The notes beneath the pieces were generated by a model that did no database searches, was not told where the DNA came from, and saw only the letters and a list, made by a program, of their open reading frames with translations. Shown here piece after piece: positions 25,317 through 37,400 of a stretch of 64,000 nucleotides of DNA (positions within the stretch are counted from its first letter, which is position 1; the number at the start of each line of letters is the position of its first letter). Source of the stretch: Amphiscolops sp. MND2022 (lineage: Eukaryota); contig OZ076409.1 in the NCBI GenBank assembly GCA_964187785.1, positions 48,114,001 through 48,178,000 on the forward strand, written 5' to 3'. A program made the position numbers and the translations under genes.

Positions 25317-27909
25317 ACAAAAAGCGCAGACTAATAACTAATTGAACACACTGTCAACTGCTTCAAGTGTCTCAGTGCTCTTTAGGAGCTAGTGTATCCA
25401 TGGGCCTTTACTGAGTTCACAGCAAAGTCCTTCAGATCAGTGAACAACGATCATGAAAAAAGAATCACATCATAAACCCGCCCCATAAATGACAGGTGGG
25501 ACCAACGTTCAAGCGACTTCAATCCGTGCGCCATTACTCAAAAGCTTTGCAGAAGCGTACCTTCTAGTACCCATCGAATTAACAATGGTTACAGAAGCAT
25601 CGACTTCTACTCGGCATTGGGCTGCCATGAACATGGTAAGTACCTTTTACCAGCCCGCCATACCAGAAAAGCCCGCCATATCTATACCACAATCAGTAGT
25701 GGCGACCCAAATGTCACTGAGCTCTTTTGCACTTCAATCAGACACTTACAATTACAAATACAACCACAATTGACTGAGGACGATCTGATAGTGAAGAGGG
25801 TTCGTTTATGAGGGTTTCCCCCTCTTCCAGATCGACCTAGTCCCGGAAAGCATCTCTACAAAGAGTGTGCCTTTCACCAACAAGTTCACTGACTTCAAGA
25901 CAATGATGTGTTTTGACAGAGAATTGCCACTTCCGAGGAAGCTGAGATGGGATCAAACTCCGATTCTCATTTAAGGATTGTGCAGGTAGTTTTTAAGTCC
26001 CCCCTGTTGTCAGGACTCTTGAGGCTTTAGTTCCAGGCATTGTCTACTGAGCAACCGTAGTAAACACTCAACAATAGCACTCATACTCTGGTGACGGCTC
26101 TGCCGGGAATGCTAGCTTTACCTACCCGAAGGCAGAACTTTCATTCCACTCGTGAAGGCAACCTCCAACAGAGCCTGTGATACTTCAGCATATCGGATTT
26201 GATAGACAGCATACCAACACGGCGCAATCGCTGAGTTTTCCGTCGAAGAGAAGATTTTGGGTTCAATCAACCTTGAATGGCCCTTCAAGGCAAATTTTCC
26301 GCATAGTGACACTGGAAATTGTTTGTCTAATATTTTTCTCATTTGTCTAATAATTTTCGCATTGCACCAGAAACGATTTTGCTCCATGTAGGAAACACAC
26401 TAGTCCAGCTTCTGTTACGTATGAAATCGAACTTCAATAGTACTGTTTTCAGAGTTAACGTCTATTTCGATGGCAACTACGCTATTTGGGGCTCGAGTTT
26501 TGCGAGGTGCCCATATGGTGACGTTTTTTTCGCACATTTCGTGACATGTGCCAAATTTTCAAATTTCTGAGGCAAATTTCTCAAAACCCAGAATAGATAT
26601 GGACACCATGTTTTCGCTAAAAGTTGCGCAAGATCATCCGCTACATTTTCGTCCAAAAAAAATTTTAAAAAATTCGGCTTCATGGGTTTTTTTGAAAAGA
26701 ATTTTTGAAAAAAACGCGATTTTTGAGTGTTTTTCATGTTTGATCCCCTATATCTCAGAAAAGAGACTATATGCAGGATCCATGGTTTCATCAATTGTAC
26801 AAGCGTTTCCTTGGTTGCAGTTTGGCCCAAAAATGACGTCAAACTTTTTTCATTGGGCAAAAAAGAGATGAAAAATATGTCGAAAATTTTTTTCTCATTC
26901 GTAGCTCATTTTTCTCAAAACTGATAAAAGATACAGAAGCCATTCTCTTTCAAGAAACAAAGCATGGATGTAGGCTACTTTTTGGACCAACAAAGTTTCC
27001 GTCATCAAGTATGACGCCTTCGTTTTTCTGCAAAAATACTTGACCTTTTTCGAAGAATTTCTTGGTTCTTTTTTACTTGAGCACCTCTATTTCATGACCG
27101 AGACCAAATATGGGGTTCATGGTTTCGTTAATTATACGAGCTTTATGTAGGCTACGTTTTAGGACGTCGAGATTTTTCCGCTCTGGATTTTTTTGAGCAA
27201 ATGAAATAATTTAAAAAATCCGAATTTTTGCCATTATTCTCCAAATTGTAGCTGATTTTTCTCAGAACTGAAAATAGATACGAAAAGCATTCTTCCTCAC
27301 AAAGTGAGGCAAGCATGTAGGCTATTTTTCGTACTATCAAAGTTTCTGTCATGAAGTATGACGGCTTCCTACAACTGGAGACAACAAAAGCTCTCAAAAA
27401 ACTAAAAATTGAGAAAAAAATCCACTTTTTTTCGAAATTTTTTTTGAAGTTTCCGGTAAGTCGCATAGTTCCAAAAAATGTAAAAGGAGAACGCTTTGGG
27501 ATTTTTTGAAAATCTATTCTGTTGCAAAATATCAAAAATTGATGGGAAGAACAATAACAAAAATTTCGGGGAAAAAATCAGTCTAACAGTGCCGAAAAAA
27601 GGAGGAAAGTCTCTTGGTGTCAAAAAAAGTGGACCCTTCTGCTTTGGAATGGCTTTTTATCTCATGTTAGAGGCTTTGGATGCGTTGAAAATGAAGTACT
27701 AAGTACATAAGGTACATATGGTAAAAGTTGGTAAATGTGCAATAATGCACAAAAAGTGGACGTTTCGCGTTGAACTGACGAAAAAAAACTAGCACTTTAA
27801 GAGTCGGGATTTTCTTCGAAAACGCCGACTAAAAAACAGTGTCCAGTTTTAGTCTTTTATCATATTTGATGAAAAATAAAGACGTTCCCTCGTACAGTAC
27901 AATACGAAG

Positions 27910-28480
27910 CTAAAAATGCCCCACGTCAGAGTTATCTAGGTTCTTCGCCAAATTATTTTGGATATAATAAGGACTAGAATCCTTCATTGTTAATTTTGTA
28001 TTCAACTCATTTGTTTCTTCACTGCTATCATGAATATTAACAGACGCTCCGAACTCAGTGTTCATTTGTCCTGAAGACAACGAACCTAATTTGTTTTGTA
28101 TCTCAGGGATAACTCTATCGCTAATTGCAGAGCATATGGCCCTGTTTTTCTGAGAATGCAACATATTCTTCAGAGAATACATTTTTGAGAAAGTCTCATA
28201 TTTATCTGATATGAAACAATTTCTATAGACTTCGTTAACCTGTCGTGGCGAGGAACTTCATTAGCAACAATAGTATTCCTAATTTCATTCACTTGTTATG
28301 CATTTCCAGTACGATGAAAAAGTACGATGACTAACTGAGCCGTTGATGGCATTAGCTAAATCCTTCTCAATAGAGTTGGTATCTTCACCACCTAGCATCA
28401 CGTTCATGCTATCATAATCGGACAGGATGGCCATTTCTCTTCATCTCCTCGGTTTTGCTTTCTGACTTCTAGTGGAAGGC
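27910..28480 (-). pseudogene. Decayed gag-like fragment (same family as 3022-3511 and 53579-54130)
   Basis: PSTRSQKAKPRR*REMAILSDYDSMNVMLGG...RAICSAISDRVIPEIQNKLGSLSSGQ. Confidence 0.4.
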
Positions 28481-28626
28481 TTAAAAATATACGGGAGGAA
28501 AATTTAATAGTTCCTGTATCTTGTTTCGGTAAACAGTTTCAACAGTAACCTTATAGTAACGGTTTCACAAAACTGTCTCCCTGGGCCCCCCTGCCTTGGA
28601 TATGAATACCTTAGCAGGATGGCACC

Positions 28627-28755
28627 CGTAATTTAAAACGTCACAGTACTATTCATAGATCAATGCTATTTCTAAAAATAGTCGCTTTGACATCATGCGA
28701 TTATTTTTAGAAATAGCATTGATCTATGAATAGTACTGTGACGTTTTAAATTACG
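28627..28755. repeat. 129-bp hairpin (perfect ~54-bp arms)
   Basis: CGTAATTTAAAACGTCACAGTACT...AGTACTGTGACGTTTTAAATTACG around a short loop. Confidence 0.9.
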
Positions 28756-30665
28756 AGCTTTCTGAGAAAATTTGAACTATCGGGAAGCTTTTTTCGATTT
28801 CACGTCTAAGACTGATATCATCATTGAGTTGCGTTGTACAACTCTGTCGTTGCCCTTATCTGTTCCCCAATACACTGTCTGCAGTTCAGTTTGCGTGATT
28901 ACAACTTCTTCGTTCGGTTGCCATTTTCTTCTTTGATCCGGAAAATTTTTTTTGTTTCGAATTTGTCTTTTGAGACAATATGTAGGTTTTGCTGTTTATT
29001 GGTTTCCAGTTTGCAAACAGTGATGTTTCAAAGTGGCAATATCATCTCAACTACATACAATATGATCCCTTTTAACTTTCGTTTTGTAATTTGCGATGAT
29101 CTTTGCATGCCCGTGTTCAGCTGCAACTTGAAGCAATAGTTCTTTCATTGATCTGTGCTGCTCTGACTTTCAAATGATAGAAATATTTGTACTTTGAATA
29201 GGATGAATAGGATTCACGTCCAGTTTCCTTGTTTTTCTTATGCAACAGTTCAGTTAGTCAAATGCTCGACTATTCGTATAAAGGAACCAATTGTTTTGCT
29301 TTTCAATACAAATCGGTTATCATCAAAAAAACTTATGTAGTGAGTTGGTTTTCTAAATCATCCGGTAGAAAGTTTCAAGAATAGATGATTTTTTCTCACT
29401 AGTACTAAAATCATTTTCAGCCATTGCAAGTTTTTCATGAAAAGTCTGTGTTTGCAACTTTGGTATGAAATTTCGATAAACTGTGGGTTCCTCTTCTGTC
29501 ATCTGTGGGAAAAGATGAACTCTGGGTGGATGATCGTTCGTTGGATTTAGGTTGTTTATGGTCAGCGATTTTCAATTGCATTGGCAGGAAAAGAAAATCA
29601 GGTATTCCTTGTCGGATGTCTAGACCGTGTAATTCCACCTTGTGGTTTCATTAAAGGAAAGATGTAGTGAGACAGTCATGCACTCCCAAGTAGTGAGACA
29701 GTTATTCTTTCGAGACTTTGAGAAACGTGTGCAATTCGACAAATCCATTTTCAAAATCTAGTTCGACTTCGATTTCCCTTAATGTCCATTTGCTACCATT
29801 TCTCGAGGAACCTCATATGAGCCTTGACTGAGAGCTTAATAATAAGATTGTACATTGATCAATTTCTGGGATTGTGCTTTATGAGACAACCGCATCTACA
29901 ATTTCAGTCAAAGTACGTTCGCCTAATTCCTCGAGATACAGAGAAAATCGCTGTGTCTATTGAAGTTCGTGGTTCTTGAATACTTGAAAAGAATAGATTC
30001 ACCCTGCCGTGCTTTCAAGCCCTGCGAAGATAGCCCCAATTAATCTAATATGTGTAACATGTGGCTCTGTTTCTTCCAGGTGGTCCAAAAGTACTAAGGG
30101 TTAGATCTAGTTCTCATAGCTAAATTGAGGCTTCCATTGAAAGCTGAATGAGATTTTAGTCTATTTGTTCAAAATATCGTTCGCCACATTTTGTCATTTA
30201 TCACGATAGCTTTATAAATGTAGAGAGTTTCGATGGCTGGTGTCATCTTTCTAAAATGGATAACGTTCAAAATCAAGACTTCGCAGAGTAAAGTCTAAAA
30301 TTGTTGGAGAGAGTAAGTTGCCTGAGAGTTACAAATCGTTCAGTTTTGAATGTTTTTTCGGCTAAAGGATGGCGTTACTTCCAGGTGTTCTAATTTTATG
30401 GATTTTGGGTCCTGTGTTTTCAAAGTAGTGAGGTTCAAGCTTGACATGCTTGCTTTTAATTGGTTCTTACATTCCGGTTGAACAAACAATTCGTCTTCAG
30501 TAGTAAGCGAAATCCCGATTCGGGCCAAGCAACAAAAAATTTCAAAAGCACCAACCGCCTCCCCCCTTTAGAGGCACTTTCCAAAAACAAATCAACAAAT
30601 TGGCGTTTTTACCAATTCAATGTAAAAGCAATGCAATATAAACAACTGGCGTGGACATAAATTTA

Positions 30666-30750
30666 GTTCCAATGGCTCAGTGGTTAGACCACTGGAATTT
30701 TACGTTCGCGCAGCTTCACACGTGTTCGAGTCCGCGACAAAGCATATTTT
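30666..30750 (+). ncRNA. Putative tRNA-like Pol III unit in the left TIR (mirror copy at 51005-51089, minus strand)
   Basis: A-box TGGCTCAGTGG (30673-30683), B-box GTTCGAGTCC (30724-30733), TTTT at 30747-30750. No canonical cloverleaf. Confidence 0.5.
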
Positions 30751-30774
30751 AATTTCCCCATTAGTGGAGGGGGG

Positions 30775-30782
30775 TATATAAG
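30775..30782 (+). promoter_or_regulatory. Candidate TATA box in the TIR, pointing inward (mirror at 50973-50980)
   Basis: GGGG-TATATAAG-AAAG in both TIRs; motif only, no transcript evidence. Confidence 0.35.
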
Positions 30783-31916
30783 AAAGTTAGTATATTATTT
30801 TTACTGACAAGTTACTCATTGCTTAAAAGGATTTGTCATCCTTTCCTCCGCTTTCGAGCAGTATTGGCAATAGTAACGTGAACTTTACCAGGACACACTT
30901 TCGAAAGGGGAAAAGATTGTGTGTTACATAAACTGGAGCTCTATAGTGAATTAACAAGTGGGAAGTAAATTCCTGTGTAGTTAATTTGCGAGCGGTGGAC
31001 GTCTGTAGCACATGGAATATAGTGTCGGTCGACGGAAGCCGCGATAAGCTTTTGCGTTAAGCTTTTGCGTTAAGATAAGTTGCCTAATATCTCAACGAGC
31101 AGAGCTTCGCGAAACGATTTTTGAGAAAAACGTCAGGAATAAAAGTTATAGAGTATTCACACATAACAATTAAAAATAACTAATAAATGAATTATTTGTC
31201 ATGTCAATATCTCTCATTCAAAGAATTTGTTGAAAAATACAGACTAAAAAATGAAGCAACTTCTAATGTAAAAATAAAAGAAATCCTAGACATACTCAAA
31301 TTAAACTCAACTGGAAGATACATGAGAAGAAAGCAAAATGTGACATTGAGCTGTCATTGATGTTTTGAAAACTAACAAGTCGCGACTAAATGACGTCTGT
31401 CTCCTTGGAACCTGTCTCTACATATGATCTTTTCACCAAGGAAAATAGACGTTGTCGCGTAAAGTTCAAGAAAATTTTGGCGTAAAAAAGGTTTTTCTGT
31501 TTAGGTACAAGCTATGTTTCATGCTCTCATTTATCATTTTTCATTTGAGATTCGAAGTCATGTAAAAACCTCAGCAGTAGTTAGCGAAATGTCGATTCGG
31601 CTCAAGCAAATTTTTTGATGTGATAGCAAGTTCGTAAAATCCTTAAAAATAAACATATTTTCAATACACATCATCAAAAGTTAACGTTTTTCCACAACTA
31701 AAAATTAACAGTATGTAAAACACGAATGAATGAGAAAAAGTTCAATATTCGGACCATGTGCATCCAAGTGGTGACACAAGTGTTCACGAAGCTCTGCAAA
31801 ATAACCACCACACAAATTTTTGCAACGCAAAACACAACACATAAATAAAAAATACGATATTCCAAGTTTGATTTATCTCAGTTTAAGTGATTTTAACAAT
31901 GAAAAATAACTAATAA

Positions 31917-32327
31917 AAGAAACTTTTATCATTCAAAGAATTTATTGAAAAATACAGACTAACAAAAGAAGCAACTTTCAATGTAAAAATAAAAGAAACC
32001 TTAAAACTTATGAACATAACCGAGTGTGGAAAATACATGAGAGATGATAAATTTACCACTACCAGTGGTAGAGTTAACTTATATCCAACTAAAGGAACAC
32101 ATTGGGTTATGTTTGTTAACGAGTTTTATTTTGATTCATATGGCTGTCCACCTCCAACTAATATACTTAATCACATTAAAAAGGGTATCTATTCAGAATA
32201 TCAAATTCAGAACAACGACAGTTATTGTGCAGCGTATTGTTTATATGTATTGTATCTCACAAATATAATTGGCTTCAAAAATGCAGTACTAAGTTTATAC
32301 TATCAAACTTTCAAACTTAATAAATGA
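31917..32327 (+). pseudogene. Adenain/Ulp1-like cysteine maturation protease (start codon apparently mutated to AAG)
   Basis: GTHWV...YFDSYG...QIQNNDSYCAAYC gives the catalytic H-D-Q-C order of the adenoviral protease family. Confidence 0.85.
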
Positions 32328-32532
32328 AGAAAATATTACTTATTCAGCTCAATATAAAATTATACAACCACGTAAAAATAATCCGAATCCACTAAGCTCC
32401 GCGCAGAGCTCCACCCCGAATCCACAGAGCATTGTGAATAGTATACCGAATGAGAAAAAATTAACAAAAGATAGGCAAGAATTTATAAAAAACATAGCTG
32501 CTAGTGGATTCAAACAATTTAATCTATAATAA

Positions 32533-33700
32533 ATGGATCTATCAACCTTCGTAACATATGATAAAAAAGAATTTCTTCTTTTAGGTATTGCAAAATCTAA
32601 TCAAGAAATTGTTGAAAATACTCATTCTAAACCACAAGAAACTCTAGAATTTAAAATGAATAAACAAAAAAAATCTTTCTCATTTGATGTTCCATTGGAA
32701 TTACCTGAAAAATGGATGATGGGAGTAACAAGTTTAGAAGTGTACAATACAGTTAATAATATCACTAACAGCAATATTAAACTAGAGATTGTTCTGAATG
32801 ATCAACAACTCAAAGAATTTAACCTTGACTGTGAATTATTAGTGTTTGTTGAAGATTTATACAAATCCTATTTTGTTAAACCTTATAAGTATAATGAATT
32901 TATAGAGAAGATTAATAAACTTAAAACTAATAGTTATTCCAAAAAGAAGAAACTTACTAGAGTAGATTTTACCTATTTAACAAAGATAATTGAATCACCT
33001 AATCAAATATATAACGAACGCCTCTATCAAGAAAAAATAAAGCAAGAAAATATAAACCAAGAAAAAGAAAATCAAAAAAGAATAATTCAAGCATACAAAG
33101 ACTACCTAAAACATGAAAAAATAAATTGGGAGGAAATAAAGTGGGAGGAAATAAAGTGGGAGGAAATAATTTTGGAGGAAACAACCCAAGAAAATCAAAA
33201 GGATGAAGTGAACCAAAGAAATCAAATAAATTTACCCCCCTTTGAAATTATTGAAAACGATTTCTTTGGAATACAACTAACACCAGGAGATTATGAACTA
33301 GTTGATATAAATAAGGCTATTGAACAAAAAATTAATGAAAGTAATTATGATTTTAAAATTGACATCCAAGCAGATACAATATCAATGAAATCAGTTTTAA
33401 CAACCTCAAACCCTATTCATTTTAACTCCAGATCTAACATTCTTTTGAGATTTACAAACAAGGATTACCAAGCAGGAACTCACGCTTCAGAAAAACCAGG
33501 TATGATAACAACCACAGACAAAGTTCATTTGAAGTGTGATTGTATAGATGGTTCAATTGGTAATGGTATACGAGAACAAATTTTATTTCCTTCAATCTTA
33601 GTGCTCCTCCCGGATATAAAATTATATAAGAACCAACCACTGTTTTGTAAAAAATTATAAACAAAACACGACTGGTTACCATCCAATTTTTCTTTTCATT
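32533..33700 (+). pseudogene. Minor capsid protein (penton), with insertion and 3' frameshift/truncation
   Basis: C-terminal VHLKCDCIDGSIGNGIREQILF followed, after a frameshift, by PGYKII, typical of Polinton pentons. Central EEIKW x3 repeat insertion. Confidence 0.65.
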
Positions 33701-33725
33701 TCTTTTCATCCCATCCCAGTTTCTT

Positions 33726-33866
33726 TTCATCCCATCTGATCCAGACGAGATTGTGGATCAAATAAAACTACTTTGTTTTGAAAAAGTAGGAGGAAATGAC
33801 AGTTTTCTACTCAATGAACAAATCATAGCAATTGTAGATAAACTTTTGGAGTATGAATGCATTTAA
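33726..33866 (+). pseudogene. C-terminal remnant of a conserved Polinton accessory gene
   Basis: FIPSDPDEIVDQIKLLCFEKVGGNDSFLLNEQIIAIVDKLLEYECI resembles the P-SDP-EL..RL.LL..K.AGN...NEI motif recalled from Polinton ORFs. The 5' part is missing. Confidence 0.5.
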
Positions 33867-34002
33867 CAAATCAACACCAAAACATGATCTCCTCATTTTT
33901 TAAAGGATCAGTTTGTGGATTGAAGATCTTGTAATTTGGATTACATTCATTACAAATCCTGTACCTACTCCCATTTTTATCTTTCAATGTATTTCCTAAT
34001 AA

Positions 34003-34493
34003 TTAATTGAATTTTTCGTTCCATGCTTCTCTGCACAAACTTTTGAATTCCTCAAAAGACATATCAAAACCTGCTATGTCCCTATGAATTTGTTCTACAT
34101 CTTTCAGTGTTTGTTGACATGAAAGTTTTATATTCGAATTGTTTCTAACTGTCTTTTTTGGTGCATCAAAATAACTCTGACATAAATAATAAACATCACA
34201 CAACTTATGTCTTCCTCTAGTAAAAAATGGATCAATCAATTTCTGGTTGGTGTCTAACATATCATCAAATACTACACAACACCCCCTATACTCTTCCTAA
34301 TCCCCCACATTTTCTTCCACTTCTACTCCCTGCGAAGCTCCACCAATATCAATGTCCTCATATTGTTCCGGACTCCTCGTAATGATACGAATTTGTTTCT
34401 CTGGATCTTCCAAAGGAATCAATCGTAATTTATTCAACAACGAATGAGTCTTACAACAAAATGATGGACCAATTATTAATGTTCTTTTACACT
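34003..34493 (-). pseudogene. A32/FtsK-like packaging ATPase 1, catalytic part (5' part displaced by the BEL insertion)
   Basis: Walker A GPSFCCKT (G>C), Walker B VVFDDM, RGRH and YYLCQSY...TVRNN motifs. Internal stop at 34297-34299. Confidence 0.85.
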
Positions 34494-37400
34494 TGTCATG
34501 CAATGCATGATTTAATTTCTCGGACTTTTATAACAATGAAATTGACTGATGAATCACGCCATTGATGAATCATTATTGCCTTTGATGTCACTCAATCCAA
34601 ATAATTGACAATTTAATCCCGCAAAATGGATTTTCAACTGGATATGTTTCGACAAGGAATTTTCAAGGTTATGTTTTGTTTCCATGCCCTTCATAGTCAA
34701 CCCTTTATGTGAACTGTTACATTGAATTAAGCCTAAGTCTTAGACCGCTTTCTTGAACATTCAATATGAAATATTACTAAACCTTTTACTAAGTAACGCC
34801 TTTCATTTCCGGTATTTGGAGACTGCCTGGAGACATACAGGTACTAAGTAGTCTTTCTCTAAACTTTCTTCAACTACTATACACATTATTTTGGCGCCCC
34901 TTATTCTGACCCGTTTACCCTTAATTACCTTAGTTTTCTTCGTTGGTTTGCGAAATTTTCGTTACAAAGTTCTAATTTTATTGCCTTATCTTAAGTTTGT
35001 TGATTTAATTGACATACTACGAAGGATACCAGTTTGATTAAAATGGTTTCCACGCGAAGTCAAGGTCAAAATGATGACAACGTGGATGTTGATGTAGCCA
35101 ATAGCAATGAGCTCGACGCATTGAATTTGGCTCATGGGCAAACTTCCAACGATAGCGTTGCTAACATGCAAGTGGCGCAAAATGATAATGAAATTTCACG
35201 CTTGTTGTCACTACAGCAACTTAGTCTGGACGACATTCATTGCTCACTTGATTTTGTCAATAATTGTATTGACGCAAACGAATCCACTGATATGTGTCGG
35301 GAATTTTTTGTGGAAACAGAGCAAAAGGTGGATGAATTTGAGTCTTTAACGAAAGAAATCATTCTACTTGCAAATACCCACCTTCATACCCAGTCAGAAC
35401 GACTAGCTGAGGTTAAGAATGACTTGCGAACTATTCGCTTGAAGGTAATGAAAAAGCGCAGTTCTGATCAATTGTGCAAAACTGCTCGGCCTACGGTAAA
35501 TGACACAACTTCTAATGAACGTATAGTCACTTCTAACAACCCTCTACCGGCCTTCACAACTGTTGACCTCTCTTCAGAGTCGAATATTCCTGGAATTTCT
35601 TCAACAACTGCTGGAACCAATGGGACATTATTCCGCGAAGCCACAGTCGATCAATCGCATTTCGCTCCTTATTTTCCTCAAGGAGTTGGAACATCACAGA
35701 GGATGTCTTCAACATTCCAAAAATCAATTCCCAAAGTCACACCCACAGTGTTCAATGGAGACCCGCTTCTCTGGTTAGATTGGATTGGACTCTTTAATGC
35801 CACAATTCATTCATCTGACATGACAACAGCTGAAAAAATGATGCATTTACAAACACTTGTCAAGGATCAAGCAAAGTCTACCATTCGTGGATATGGGTAC
35901 AATGGAGACATGTATTTCATTGCACTGAAGCGCCTTCAAGACACATTTGGAAATCCAACTAAAATTATCACCTCTTTTCTGCAACGCCTCAGCAGCCACC
36001 CTTCTCCATCTCTCCGACAACCCGATTCTTTTACTGCCTTTTCCAATTTTTTGACGACCTTAGTTGACACTTTCGAGCAGTTGAATTTTCAGCACGACAT
36101 ATGCTCGACAACCAACGTTCAACAAGCCTTAGCAAAGCTACCCACAGAAACTAGACTAGCCTGGAACCGACATGCCGTCTCTTCAGGACTCCAACGACCG
36201 ACGCTAAAAGACATTACCTCATGGTTACAGGAATTCGCTCTCGCCTGCAGTGAAATTCCTGTAGCAAAACATCTCGCACCTTCTGAACACTCGACAGCAA
36301 AGTTCTTTCGACCTTCAAGTTCAACAAGCAGCGCTCTCCACCAACCTTTTGCCAACGACAAAACACACTCAGCACCATCAACGGACAAAGTCAAAAAAAA
36401 TTTCTGTCCCGAATCAAAGGGATGCGATCTGCTTCGACAATGCCCTCATTTCAAATCCCTTAATGTTCAGAACAGATACGAACACGTTAAAAAATTGAAA
36501 CTTTGTTTCAATTGCCTAGGACCTCACGCCTTTAAGGATTGTAAATCCGAAACATCCTGCCGAATTGAAGGTTGTCACCGACGACACCACACGTTGTTGC
36601 AACGTGATCAGCAACCAGCAGTAACTTCAACAGTCAACACCCGACGTCATCAGCCTGGTATTTTGCTTTTTGTTCCCGTTACCTTCTCTTACGGAAACAA
36701 TCGACTTTCGACATACGCCCTGCTGGATTCCGGAAGTTCTGTGACACTACTTGCCGAATCAGCCGCCAAACAATTGAAACCCAATCTACAGGGTAATCAA
36801 CCACTCAGTGTTTCTGGGATCAACACTGTTGCAGAAATACAAGTAGCAACCCTATAATGTTTCATCGGACCGTACAACTCCGCTGTTCAGCCTCACAGAC
36901 TCGACAATGTTCTTTCAGTGCCAACACTGAACGTTCAAACAGCGCAACCGAATTTTCTCAACTCAGTTTGCCAGCAACATCCTCATTTTAAACACGTCAC
37001 ATTCCCGCAACTACATTCTAATAATGTTTCACTCCTGATCGGAGTGGACGCTTATGATGTTATTTGCAGCCGAGGAGTCATTTATGGACCACCCAACACA
37101 CCCAAAGCACTGAACACAGTTCTTGGATGGACAATAGTAGGAACCAGCAGTCATCAGCTACCAACGACAGCAGAGACACTTCTCGTCCAAACGCCCACAT
37201 TGGATGACGAACTTTTTCATCAAGTTCAAAATTGGATGCGACTTGACATTGAAGGAGTTTCTTCAACGAAAAAAGCGTTTTCAGCCAACGATCGTCGCGC
37301 CGAGAACATTCTCCAGTCTACAACAACGAAAGTTGGAGACCGATACCAAATCGGCCTTCTCTGGAAACCAAATGTTGATCTGCCCAACAATCGATGGGTT

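Larger units (their letters stand above)
30499..31097 (+). repeat. Left TIR of Polinton 1
   Basis: Reverse complement of 50600-51257. Has 2 copies of the 13-bp unit (31049-31074) versus 7 in the right TIR. Confidence 0.95.

Noticed and set aside
28800..30490. Possible decayed reverse transcriptase in the Polinton 1 target site (SGNLLSPTIL...KDD, minus strand)
   Set aside because: Too fragmented to support without a profile search.
30760..30860. Twister-ribozyme-like AGTGGAGGGGG in the TIR
   Set aside because: The other conserved twister elements (UAA cleavage loop with P2 partner, GUCCYAAGCC loop) were not found.
30823..31011. 62-aa ORF duplicated at 50744-50932
   Set aside because: The duplication simply reflects the TIRs; it has a GTG start, points outward and has no recognisable motif.
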